DNA from: Candidatus Heimdallarchaeota archaeon
GTDB taxonomy: Archaea; Asgardarchaeota; Heimdallarchaeia; Heimdallarchaeales; Kariarchaeaceae
NCBI GenBank assembly: GCA_015523565.1
Contig: WAKA01000061.1
Location: 1 to 34,640, forward strand
DNA: 34,640 nucleotides
Direction of reading: 5' to 3'
How positions within the stretch are numbered: position 1 is the first letter of the stretch; every line of letters starts with the position of its first letter. Shown in pieces: positions 19,231 to 28,213 of the stretch. The notes under the pieces are model-generated. The model ran no database searches, was not told where the DNA came from, and saw nothing but the letters and a program-made list of their open reading frames with translations. The position numbers were made by a program, and so were the translations under genes.

Positions 19231-19237
19231 CTTTTTT
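19231..19237 (+). terminator. Oligo-T terminator candidate of the 5S precursor
   Basis: CTTTTTT directly after the trailer that pairs with the leader. Confidence 0.45.
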
Positions 19238-19290
19238 CGGTTTATATGAAAATACTTCTAAAATACAAAAACATGTTTTTTTTGATGTCA

Positions 19291-20079
19291 ATGAATAAAT
19301 TTTGGGGGATTGTCTACAGCATGGTCGACAGGTCTGATGTCGTGTTGGAAGTTGTAGACGCAAGATTCCCCTCAATATGCAGAAGTACACGATTAGAAGA
19401 GTACGTCAATTCTATAGAGGATTGCAATCTAGTCATTGGTTTAAATAAAACAGACCTAATTCCAAAATCCCTACTCGATAGGTGGCTGGGTTGGTTTGAA
19501 GAACGAGGCTACGTTGCAACTGGGTTTTCCGCATCCAAACGTTTGGGCACGTCTCGAATTCGGAGGGTGCTACTTCGTGCATCCAAACGAAAGACAGCTG
19601 TTGTAGCTGTTGTAGGGTTCCCAAACACAGGAAAAAGCTCATTGATAAATACACTTAGAGGAAAAGCGGCCGCAGGTGTTGCACCGATTCCAGGCAAAAC
19701 AAGAGGAGAGCAAAAGATAAGGGTAAGCAATAGCCTTTTCATGTTTGACACGCCAGGAATTATCCCAGCCCAATTACCTGAGAAACACAGAATTTTATTG
19801 GGTCTCGACGCCATTACAAAAATCAAGGATCCAGAACATGCCGCCTTAATACTTTATGCACAAGCGGAAGAATTGAATCCAGGTGCAGTTGCAGAACATT
19901 ATGGAATTGAGAATGATGCACAAGATTTTTTGGCAAATCTCGCATATGCAAGAAACAAGATAGTGAAAGGGAATATGCCTGACGAAAGGGCCGCCGCAAT
20001 TATTTTTCTTTCAGATCATATCAGAGGACTTCTTCCAATTTACGAGAACCCTGCAAGACCACTACGCATGAGCCGTTAG
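19291..20079 (+). CDS. RbgA/YlqF-family circularly permuted ribosome-biogenesis GTPase
   Basis: EVVDAR, G4 NKTD, G5 SAS, G1 GFPNTGKS, G2 T, G3 DTPG; start moved to ATG 19291 because the GTG 19183 extension overlaps the 5S gene. Confidence 0.9.
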   Translation: MNKFWGIVYSMVDRSDVVLEVVDARFPSICRSTRLEEYVNSIEDCNLVIGLNKTDLIPKSLLDRWLGWFEERGYVATGFSASKRLGTSRIRRVLLRASKRKTAVVAVVGFPNTGKSSLINTLRGKAAAGVAPIPGKTRGEQKIRVSNSLFMFDTPGIIPAQLPEKHRILLGLDAITKIKDPEHAALILYAQAEELNPGAVAEHYGIENDAQDFLANLAYARNKIVKGNMPDERAAAIIFLSDHIRGLLPIYENPARPLRMSR

Positions 20080-20257
20080 TTCAACATGATGCGAAAATCG
20101 GAAATAGGAGGAAAGTCGTTGAAAATATAAAAAAATAAAGATACAATGAAAAAGAAGATTATGTTGAACATTTTTCCCCATTGTTTCTTTGATATTCGAT
20201 TACTTTAAATTAGTTAAAGTCCCATAATGATTAATAACCCAAAAAAAGGGGTACAGC

Positions 20258-21166
20258 ATGGTTTCGCACGGTCACAAAGTAAGCAACAAGGGACAGATTG
20301 TTGTTCCAGCAAAATACAGGAAACGCTTGGACATCAACCCAAAAGACAAGATGAATTTTAGAATTCGGGGTCATTTCCTGATTGTTGAAAAGGCACGGGA
20401 AACATCAAAAAACATCCAGTACCTAAAAGAGAAAAGAGGAAAATTCGGGGAAAAATACCTCACACAAGATGAATTGGAAGATATTATTAGAGACCTCCTT
20501 TATCAGCAGTTTTACAGAGGAAACAACTATGTGACTGATCGAGTAGGAAGTAGTGAATATAAGGTACTTGGAGCACAGGCAATCCTTGACGAGGTCGTAG
20601 AGGTATTTAAAGAGGGATCAGAGCCTTGGCTTCAGGGAGACTATGTTGAAACTCTTCGCAGATTTGCAGAAGACTTGGATCTCGATTTCCCAACGCTTCT
20701 TGAAGAATTTGTCAAGAAAATGAAAAACCTCGAGGTCATGGGACCAATCACTGACAAAGACGGGGCATCAATCGTTTATGCATTGGCAATTGGGGAAACC
20801 CTAAGTGAATTCAGGACAAGAGTGGGAGACATTGTCACGGAGAATTTAATTAAGGAGGCAGAGGTCGTCAGAACTGAATTGGAAAATAAAAACGACCCTG
20901 ATCTTTTAGAAATAAATTACTCCGCTGAAGAACTTGAAGACATCATAACGCAAAAACTTGCAGACAAATACTCCATTCTCATGAATCTTAGAGTCCTTAA
21001 GGAATTGGCAAAAGTATCCTTAAAATCAATTGGACAAAGGCACTACAAAAAAATCAGTCAGGAGCTGTTTGATTCCATTTTCAAGAAACAACCTCCAAAA
21101 GAAGAGAAGAAGAAACCAAGATTTGAAATTCCAAGCATCCCCTCTTTTGACGAGTTCGATAAATAA
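20258..21166 (+). CDS. AbrB/MazE/SpoVT DNA-binding domain protein with long C-terminal domain
   Basis: KVSNKGQIVVPAKYRKRLDINPKD...LIVEK. Confidence 0.8.
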   Translation: MVSHGHKVSNKGQIVVPAKYRKRLDINPKDKMNFRIRGHFLIVEKARETSKNIQYLKEKRGKFGEKYLTQDELEDIIRDLLYQQFYRGNNYVTDRVGSSEYKVLGAQAILDEVVEVFKEGSEPWLQGDYVETLRRFAEDLDLDFPTLLEEFVKKMKNLEVMGPITDKDGASIVYALAIGETLSEFRTRVGDIVTENLIKEAEVVRTELENKNDPDLLEINYSAEELEDIITQKLADKYSILMNLRVLKELAKVSLKSIGQRHYKKISQELFDSIFKKQPPKEEKKKPRFEIPSIPSFDEFDK

Positions 21167-21258
21167 ACGCAATTGAAAAAAACATGCCAAATCGTTCAAC
21201 CTTCTTCATAAAGTATTATATAGATAAAGAACAGTGGTAACATTTAAGGGGCAATGGC

Positions 21259-22134
21259 ATGGCACTAGTAGACGTAACACAATCCCAGCTATTCAGCTTG
21301 AAAGAAAAACTAGCATATGCACTTCAAAAAGCCAAAGATGCAATAACCAATCCATTATACATGCCCAATGACTTGGGACAATATCTGGAAACAAGGAATG
21401 CAGCGGGGCAAAAACAGATCAAAGCAGATGTCATTGCAGAAGAGGTGTTCTTCACCCAAATTTCAGGATTTGGACTCAACGGGGTACTTTATTCAGAAGA
21501 ATCAGGGAAGAAAACATTTGGCAATCCAGACGCTGATGACGCAATAATATTGCTTCTTGACCCACTGGATGGATCTAAGAATTTTCAAAATGGGAAACCA
21601 TTCGGATGTATTTCTTTGGCATTTGGATTCAAACCAGAATATGAAAGACCAACTATGGCAGACCTACAGGGGGGAATGGTTCTTAACCTTTACAGAAACG
21701 AGTGCTTTAGTGCCATTAAAGGGCACCAAGTACTGAAAAATGGAAAGCAATATAACCATCCCTCCAAAAAACCGTTGCCCCAAAACAGGATCAACATCTA
21801 CACATATGACAAAAATGTCAAGAAATTCCTGAAACAATTCAACGGTCAATACCAATTCAAATCGTTAGGAAGCGTTGCATGGGAACTGGTGCTCGCAATA
21901 ACGAAGAATATAGACATGTTCATAGATCTAAGGGAACGGGTAAAGGTTCATGATTTTGCGGCAAGCATGATAATTGCAAAAGAGGCAGGATGTCATTTTT
22001 TAGTATTGGACACCCAAGATGAAAGAGATATCCCCATAGACAATTTTACAAAGGGATATAGCATTGCGGCATCATGTGACCTGGAACTTCTTGAAAGTAT
22101 TATTGAAGACATAAAAAGTGTTGGAAATGCATGA
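21259..22134 (+). CDS. Inositol monophosphatase / FBPase (FIG superfamily)
   Basis: ADVIAE, SEE, LDPLDGSKNF, SLGSVAWEL, HDFAAS. Confidence 0.88.
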   Translation: MALVDVTQSQLFSLKEKLAYALQKAKDAITNPLYMPNDLGQYLETRNAAGQKQIKADVIAEEVFFTQISGFGLNGVLYSEESGKKTFGNPDADDAIILLLDPLDGSKNFQNGKPFGCISLAFGFKPEYERPTMADLQGGMVLNLYRNECFSAIKGHQVLKNGKQYNHPSKKPLPQNRINIYTYDKNVKKFLKQFNGQYQFKSLGSVAWELVLAITKNIDMFIDLRERVKVHDFAASMIIAKEAGCHFLVLDTQDERDIPIDNFTKGYSIAASCDLELLESIIEDIKSVGNA

Positions 22135-23044
22135 GAATCCTTTTCTTGAACCGTATCTTCAAAATCCTATGATAAAATCCCCAGTCACCATAATTGTTTC
22201 TAGAACTGATGACGCAGGCATGAACATGAAAAAACACTTGGTTGAACTTGACAGCTATGAAAAAATGGCATTGAATGTACCAGAAACTTGGCCCAAAGGT
22301 GATTATGAACTGCTCATGTCAAAAAGCAAGGCACTGCTGACAATTCCTGAAAGACAAATCCATGCAGACTACATGAAAGGATACATTGAAACAAATTTAT
22401 TGATATTTGCATCAAAACACAGTTCAAAAGCAGGAATGAAGGCAATACTTGTCCATTCAACAGGAAATTGGTCTGAAGCATGGAACAACAGCGGAAGGGG
22501 AAGATCACTCGGAATATCGCATGGACAGGCAATGTTCAGGGGATACCATTCACTGAAAAAACAAAAAGAATTGTTGGAGCTTGATGAATATTGGTTGGGA
22601 ATTGAATGCACCCACCATGGTCCAACTGAATTGGATGTACCCCTTCTGTTCATGGAATGCGGAGGTACAGAAACAGAATGGAATGATGTAAAAGCTACAA
22701 AAGCAGTCTCATATGCAATCAATGAAGTGGCAGATAGTTTTGTCGATCCAAAGGAAGACAAATTGCCAACTGCAATCGGAATTGGTGGAGGACATTATTG
22801 CCCAGCATTCGTCAAACGGATTGACGCAAAAATGTTTTATTTGGGCCATGTGGCACCCAAGCACCATCATGACGCACTTGATGAGGAAATGGTCATTAAA
22901 GCATGGGAAAGAACAAAGGCAAAAGAAAAATTTTTTCTGATTGACAAGAAGGGAACAAAAGGAGCAAAAAGACAAGAGCTGATCCAGATCTTTGAAAAAC
23001 ATGGATACCCTTGGAAGCTGACTACAGCCTATCCCACAAAATAG
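22127..23044 (+). CDS. dtdA: D-aminoacyl-tRNA deacylase (archaeal DTD2)
   Basis: FASKHSS, VHSTGNW, ECTHHGP, MECG, GIGGGHY, GHVAPK. Confidence 0.92.
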   Translation: MHENPFLEPYLQNPMIKSPVTIIVSRTDDAGMNMKKHLVELDSYEKMALNVPETWPKGDYELLMSKSKALLTIPERQIHADYMKGYIETNLLIFASKHSSKAGMKAILVHSTGNWSEAWNNSGRGRSLGISHGQAMFRGYHSLKKQKELLELDEYWLGIECTHHGPTELDVPLLFMECGGTETEWNDVKATKAVSYAINEVADSFVDPKEDKLPTAIGIGGGHYCPAFVKRIDAKMFYLGHVAPKHHHDALDEEMVIKAWERTKAKEKFFLIDKKGTKGAKRQELIQIFEKHGYPWKLTTAYPTK

Positions 23045-23093
23045 CCTGTAATTGAACGAATTGTTAAAAAACAATGAAACACCACTGCAATAT

Positions 23094-23351
23094 ATGGCAG
23101 ATGTAAATATCTATAAGGTTTCAGGATACTACAGGAAAAACAAAAGAAAAATCCCCTTGACCATGGAAGTCAGGGGAACAAAAATCTCTGAAGTCCTTGA
23201 AAAAGTCTATGCGGAAATAGGAAGCAGACACAGAGTCAAAAGAAATGAAATCTACATCCCAAAGGATGGGGGCATCAAGATCATTGAACCCAGTGAAGCA
23301 CGTAATCCAGAATTCAAGGATGTTGACGCAGAGGATTTCTATATCCCTTAG
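23094..23351 (+). CDS. rplX: 50S ribosomal protein eL20 (LX/L18Ae)
   Basis: EKVYAEIGSRHRVKRNEI; located immediately before prefoldin alpha. Confidence 0.9.
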   Translation: MADVNIYKVSGYYRKNKRKIPLTMEVRGTKISEVLEKVYAEIGSRHRVKRNEIYIPKDGGIKIIEPSEARNPEFKDVDAEDFYIP

Positions 23352-23360
23352 GTGAGAAAA

Positions 23361-23804
23361 TTGAGTACACCAGACCCACAACAAATCATGCAACTGCAAC
23401 AACTAGGACAGCAACTTGAAGCAGAAATCAAAGCTCTAGAAGAACAGAAATTGCAGGCAGAAAAACTCGAAAATGATCTCAACAAAACTGGTCAGACACT
23501 TAGAGGATTAAGAGACCCTGACAATGAACAGGACATACTCATCCCCATTGGCAGTGGTGTGTATGTCTACGGAAAAATCACAGACTGGCAAAAGATACTT
23601 GTTAATGTAGGATCCGGCACAGTCGTGCCGAAAACATTGGACGAGGCAATTAAAACAGTCGACAAACAAATTGAAAACTACAGAAACCTGATACAGCAAC
23701 TCTCACAGCACATCCAGCAAAAGATCATTGAAATCCAAAGCGTCCAAGACAGAATACAGCAACTGCAAAGTGGAAACTGGGGAATTGCACCCGGAAACAT
23801 TTAA
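23361..23804 (+). CDS. pfdA: Prefoldin alpha subunit
   Basis: Coiled coils flanking LIPIGSGVYV...ILVNVGSG; TTG 23361 follows SD AGGTGA. Confidence 0.92.
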   Translation: MSTPDPQQIMQLQQLGQQLEAEIKALEEQKLQAEKLENDLNKTGQTLRGLRDPDNEQDILIPIGSGVYVYGKITDWQKILVNVGSGTVVPKTLDEAIKTVDKQIENYRNLIQQLSQHIQQKIIEIQSVQDRIQQLQSGNWGIAPGNI

Positions 23805-23813
23805 GGATGACCT

Positions 23814-25070
23814 ATGCAGACTGCCTCTGTCATCACATATGGTTGCACCCACAATCAAAAGGACTCCCAGCTTATAGAAGCACAACTACTTAAGGGAGGG
23901 TACAAACTAGTTGACGAAAAAGAGGCAGATATCGTTGTTGTAAACACCTGTACTGTGAAAAGTCCCACAGAAAACAAGATCATGAGAAAATTGCAGGATC
24001 TGGAAAACAAAAAAAAAGTCATTGTCACAGGATGCCTAAGCCAAGCCGACCCTGATCTCATTAAAAGAAACTTCCCAAACTATACTGTAATGGGAGTAAA
24101 CGCCGCAAAATTCATCCTGAATGCATTACGAGCAGAAACAAGCCTACCTGTCATCAATGAGAAACCATTCGAGAAGCCACTGCAGGAAAGCACACAATGG
24201 AACCCCAACCTCAACATTATCCAAATCAATGAAGGATGCCTCAACGCTTGTACATTCTGCGCAACAAAGTTTGCAAGGGGAAGGCTTCATTCATTTTCCA
24301 GAGCAAGCATCATTCAAGCAATAAGGAAAAAACCAACACCAGAAGTATGGCTGACCAGCCAAGACACAGGATGCTGGGGATTTGACATTGGAGACAACTT
24401 GGCAAACCTGATTAATGACATCGATAGAATCAACCGAAAATTCTATCTGAGAATTGGAATGGGGAACCCAAACAATTTCATCAAGATACTCGACAATGTC
24501 ATTGAGGCATACCATTCAGAAAAGGTTTACAAGTTCCTCCACTTGCCAGTACAGGCAGGATCAAACCAAGTGCTCAAGCACATGAGAAGAGGATACACTG
24601 TCGAGGAATATGAAACAATTGTCCATTCATTCAAAAAAGAATTCCCAAACCTGACCCTCGCAACTGACGTCATCTGCGGATATCCGACAGAAACTGAAGA
24701 GGATTTCCTTTTAACACTCAAAACCATTGAAAAAACAAGACCAAGCATCACCAACATAAGCAGGTATTGGGAAAGAAAAGGAACATTCGCGGCAACTCTT
24801 CCCCAACTGCCACACCAAACAAGAAAGGAGAGGGCAAAGGCGGTACAGGAACTGACCACCGCAATCCAGAAACGGGACAATGAAAAATGGATTGGATGGA
24901 AAGGAGAAGCACTTGTCACAGAGAAAGGAACAAAAGGAGGAATGGTAGCCAGAAACATCTGGTACAAACCCATTGTTGTCGACATCCCTGAAACTACACT
25001 CGGAACATTCATACAGGTCAAAATCACAAAGGCAGAAACAACACACCTTATTGGTGAAAAAATAGAATAA
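23814..25070 (+). CDS. tRNA methylthiotransferase (MtaB/CDKAL1-type radical SAM)
   Basis: YGCTHN, NTCTVK, GCL, CLNACTFC, LHLPVQAG, C-terminal TRAM-like region. Confidence 0.9.
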   Translation: MQTASVITYGCTHNQKDSQLIEAQLLKGGYKLVDEKEADIVVVNTCTVKSPTENKIMRKLQDLENKKKVIVTGCLSQADPDLIKRNFPNYTVMGVNAAKFILNALRAETSLPVINEKPFEKPLQESTQWNPNLNIIQINEGCLNACTFCATKFARGRLHSFSRASIIQAIRKKPTPEVWLTSQDTGCWGFDIGDNLANLINDIDRINRKFYLRIGMGNPNNFIKILDNVIEAYHSEKVYKFLHLPVQAGSNQVLKHMRRGYTVEEYETIVHSFKKEFPNLTLATDVICGYPTETEEDFLLTLKTIEKTRPSITNISRYWERKGTFAATLPQLPHQTRKERAKAVQELTTAIQKRDNEKWIGWKGEALVTEKGTKGGMVARNIWYKPIVVDIPETTLGTFIQVKITKAETTHLIGEKIE

Positions 25071-25134
25071 ACTCAAGACAATCATAAGATTATAAGCAAA
25101 ACCTATAAGTGCAACATGTTGCATAAATGGCTTA

Positions 25135-25959
25135 TTGCAAACTCCATTAAATTTATTGCATACAATTCTACTCCCCCTTGCAATCATAGAGCTATTCATC
25201 TTTGTAAGAGGGATTCTGATCTATAGAAAAACAGGAATTAAAGAATATTTGGAGTTTGCCTTTCTCTGGCTCGCCGCAACAATCACCTCAATTGCTGAAA
25301 TGATGATTAACACCAATGCAATGATCCCAAAAATTAAGGAAATTTCTTTAGTTATCTTCATTTTTGCTGTTTATATTCACGCGACAAGAACAATGGCAAA
25401 AAAAACAACTTGGAAATTCAAAACTCTTGTCTTTTTTGGGACAGGCTATTTTACCATATTGGTTACCACAGCAATCTTGTGGGAGCCAAAGGTTAATGGA
25501 AGACATACACAAGCAGAACCAGCCAATCTCCCCCTGAAGATGGGATTCGTTGAACACCCAATAGCTTACCTACCCCTTCGAAACCTATTTGCAAGTGTGT
25601 CATTCATCCTTATCCTAATCGCATTCACATTTTTCAAGGTTCCATCCCATGATTTAAGATTGAAAACTGCAAAGGCACTATGGCAATTGACTGCAGTCAT
25701 GGCCAATCTTATGGTTACAATAGTCTCACTTCAAGCAACCTGTACAATCCCAACCATACTGATTGACATTTGTGCACTTTTTGCACTCATCCCAACCATT
25801 GTTATCGCAATTGCAATACCAGAAGGATACATAATGCAATTCGCGCAAATATACAGAGCTGCATTAACTTATGAGAAAATACAAATGAAAGAAAAAGAAC
25901 AGAACATCCTTGAGTACATCCAAAAAGTAATCAAGATATTACGAAAACAGCATGAATGA
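25135..25959 (+). CDS. 7-TM membrane protein (paralogue A)
   Basis: Seven hydrophobic segments; shares WxAAxITS, HDxRLxTAxxLWQ, PEGYI, QIYRA and ILEYIQ with the next ORF. Confidence 0.75.
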   Translation: MQTPLNLLHTILLPLAIIELFIFVRGILIYRKTGIKEYLEFAFLWLAATITSIAEMMINTNAMIPKIKEISLVIFIFAVYIHATRTMAKKTTWKFKTLVFFGTGYFTILVTTAILWEPKVNGRHTQAEPANLPLKMGFVEHPIAYLPLRNLFASVSFILILIAFTFFKVPSHDLRLKTAKALWQLTAVMANLMVTIVSLQATCTIPTILIDICALFALIPTIVIAIAIPEGYIMQFAQIYRAALTYEKIQMKEKEQNILEYIQKVIKILRKQHE

Positions 25960-26051
25960 CCAAACTGGAAATTAAAAAAAAAAGAAAAAACCAATAAGCT
26001 AACATTGGAAAATGTAAGTGTTTATATCAGAAACTAACAAAACATCATTAT

Positions 26052-26921
26052 TTGAAACTCCAGGAGATATCTTTAGTTATATTGGCATTGTTTGAACTTT
26101 TCACATTTGCCAGAGGCATCTCCCTCTACAAAAAAACAAAAGTCAAGGACTACCTTTACTTTTCAACACTTTGGATTGCCGCATCAATCACATCAACCAT
26201 GCAAAATGCAATCCTCATCATGGGGGAAAACGAATTCTTCATCAAGATCAGAGAGATGGGGTTTGTCGTGTTTTTCCTTGCAATTTACGCATTCTCCATA
26301 AGGACATTGCTTACAAACGAAAAATTGACTTACAAAATACTCATGGCACTCGGTTTCATCTATTCCTCGATATTGGTAACATTAACTGTGTTATGGAAAA
26401 ACACAGACCAAAGATTGAATGTCCCAAAGGAACAGAATATAACAATGAATATAGGCATCAAAATAGGGCCTGTACTGTATTCATCACAATACCCACTGGC
26501 AAGAAACATTTTTGGAATTGTGGCGTTTGCAGCAATTGCAATAGCCTATTTCTCATTCAAGCCACCAATTCATGACAAAAGACTTATTACTGCAAGACGG
26601 CTTTGGCAAACCGCGGCAGTTTTCGGAAACCTATACGCAATACTCCTGTCGTTTTGGTACATTATTGGAGTATCACAATCCTTTAGGCTGATATTCGCAT
26701 TACTCGCAATAATCCCAATCACAATAATCACTTTCAGATACCCCGAAGGATACATAATCTCATTCTCTCAAATATACAGAGCCGCAAAAACTTATGAGAA
26801 AACACCACAAATGAAAAAGAATGACTTTGAAGAAGATCAGATTCTAGAATATATACAACAAGCTGCAAGAATAATAAGAAATAAAACCAAAGAAAGTCAC
26901 TTACGGCACCATAAAAAATAA
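26052..26921 (+). CDS. 7-TM membrane protein (paralogue B)
   Basis: Same motifs as paralogue A; tandem duplicate. Confidence 0.78.
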   Translation: MKLQEISLVILALFELFTFARGISLYKKTKVKDYLYFSTLWIAASITSTMQNAILIMGENEFFIKIREMGFVVFFLAIYAFSIRTLLTNEKLTYKILMALGFIYSSILVTLTVLWKNTDQRLNVPKEQNITMNIGIKIGPVLYSSQYPLARNIFGIVAFAAIAIAYFSFKPPIHDKRLITARRLWQTAAVFGNLYAILLSFWYIIGVSQSFRLIFALLAIIPITIITFRYPEGYIISFSQIYRAAKTYEKTPQMKKNDFEEDQILEYIQQAARIIRNKTKESHLRHHKK

Positions 26922-27439
26922 AACAATAGCTCCAACAAAACAATAAGTTTCTGGAAAACAAATTGGTTAACTCCAGGAACAAAAAGACCAATAAACGAGC
27001 AAACACTGACAGAGACACTTAATACACGCAACAACAATTCATCTAGACAGCCTGCCAACAACAAATGTAATGGAACCAAAAAAAGAAAATAGAAGATTGC
27101 AAAAACGTTGTGGACATCACCAACCCAATCGTCAACAGCAGGAAAGAAACCAATAACAACAAGCATTAATCCAGTCAACAATCCAAAGGACATCACATAT
27201 GACTTACAAAAATCACCACTGTCAATCTGTGAACCATAAAACAAAACCAACGAGACACCAAACTGCACAACCGCAAGATTGAACAGAAAACCCCACCGAC
27301 CAACACCTAAAGCACTCAGAAACTGAGACCAAGGACGGTATCCATCATAAAGAATCCAAGACAAACCAACAAGAAAGACAAAAGAAAGCACAGAACCACA
27401 AACAATTTTTGAAAGCTTCATGACAAACCTCCTGAGCAA
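26897..27439 (-). CDS. DUF998-like membrane protein
   Basis: YRPWSQFLSALG, LFN, GFFP, VHNVFA, FQK pattern. Confidence 0.6.
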   Translation of the reverse strand: MLRRFVMKLSKIVCGSVLSFVFLVGLSWILYDGYRPWSQFLSALGVGRWGFLFNLAVVQFGVSLVLFYGSQIDSGDFCKSYVMSFGLLTGLMLVVIGFFPAVDDWVGDVHNVFAIFYFLFLVPLHLLLAGCLDELLLRVLSVSVSVCSFIGLFVPGVNQFVFQKLIVLLELLFYFLWCRK

Positions 27440-27457
27440 CTAAAGAAAAACAAAAGG

Positions 27458-28213
27458 TCAAAGATTGGAAATCAACCCCTCAGCACAGAGTTCCAAACGT
27501 TCTCGAACCAGAGAAGCAGAACGTTCAACCTGACCATCAGATAAAATCATGTCACTCCCAACCAAAACACCACAGACATCAAGACCATAATATTGACCAA
27601 CCGCATAAAAACTGGACAACTCCATCTCAATAGACCCCGCATTGAGCATCTCGTAATAACGCAATTCTGACGCCGTAACCCTGAAAGGGGCATCCGTGCT
27701 CACGTTTATACCCTCCTGAATGTCAAAACCCAATTCAGAAAGCAAAGCACGGGAACTCGAAAAAAGAGAACCCGATGGACGGTCAACAAAGGTCGACGAC
27801 TTCAGATAATGATAACTCACACCCTCATCCCTGACTGAACGAACAGGAAACAAAATGTCGCCAACACCAAAATCAGACCACCAAAATAAACCTGCAATCC
27901 CTATAAGCAAAAAACGATCAAATCCCGCTTGACGATAATACTCCATCAATGACGCCAACGACGAACCACCAACACCAAAACCAGAAACACAACAGATATG
28001 CGAACGCCTACGTAACTTTACAAAATCACCAAAACACCCTGAAAAACTACGACCCTTGAACTTCTTTGATACATGTGTGAAAAGCCCACGATCAAAAAAT
28101 ATAACCAAAAGATTGCAATCAGAAATAAAGGACAAAAACTTGTCGGGAAACAAGCCTGAATGAATGACATATGTCGGATCACCATACTTGTCAGAAACTT
28201 GAGGATAACCCAT
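27458..28213 (-). CDS. Nucleoside phosphorylase (PNP/UDP family), divergent
   Basis: GFGVGG, IGIAG, VRDEGVSYHY, STDAPFR, IEME, VGSD. Confidence 0.85.
   Translation of the reverse strand: MGYPQVSDKYGDPTYVIHSGLFPDKFLSFISDCNLLVIFFDRGLFTHVSKKFKGRSFSGCFGDFVKLRRRSHICCVSGFGVGGSSLASLMEYYRQAGFDRFLLIGIAGLFWWSDFGVGDILFPVRSVRDEGVSYHYLKSSTFVDRPSGSLFSSSRALLSELGFDIQEGINVSTDAPFRVTASELRYYEMLNAGSIEMELSSFYAVGQYYGLDVCGVLVGSDMILSDGQVERSASLVRERLELCAEGLISNL

Noticed and set aside
19036-19240. RNase P or SRP RNA
   Set aside because: Too short and lacks their signature motifs; the 5S motifs explain the sequence
19183-19290. N-terminal extension of the GTPase ORF
   Set aside because: Overlaps the 5S gene, its terminator and a TATA-like TTTATA; the family-like sequence begins near ATG 19291
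20108-20117. GAGGAAAGTC (RNase P-like), or a degenerate C/D box sRNA nearby
   Set aside because: AT-rich short gap with no other RNase P elements; no proper CUGA D box
25135-26921. Rhodopsins
   Set aside because: No retinal-binding lysine motif in helix 7
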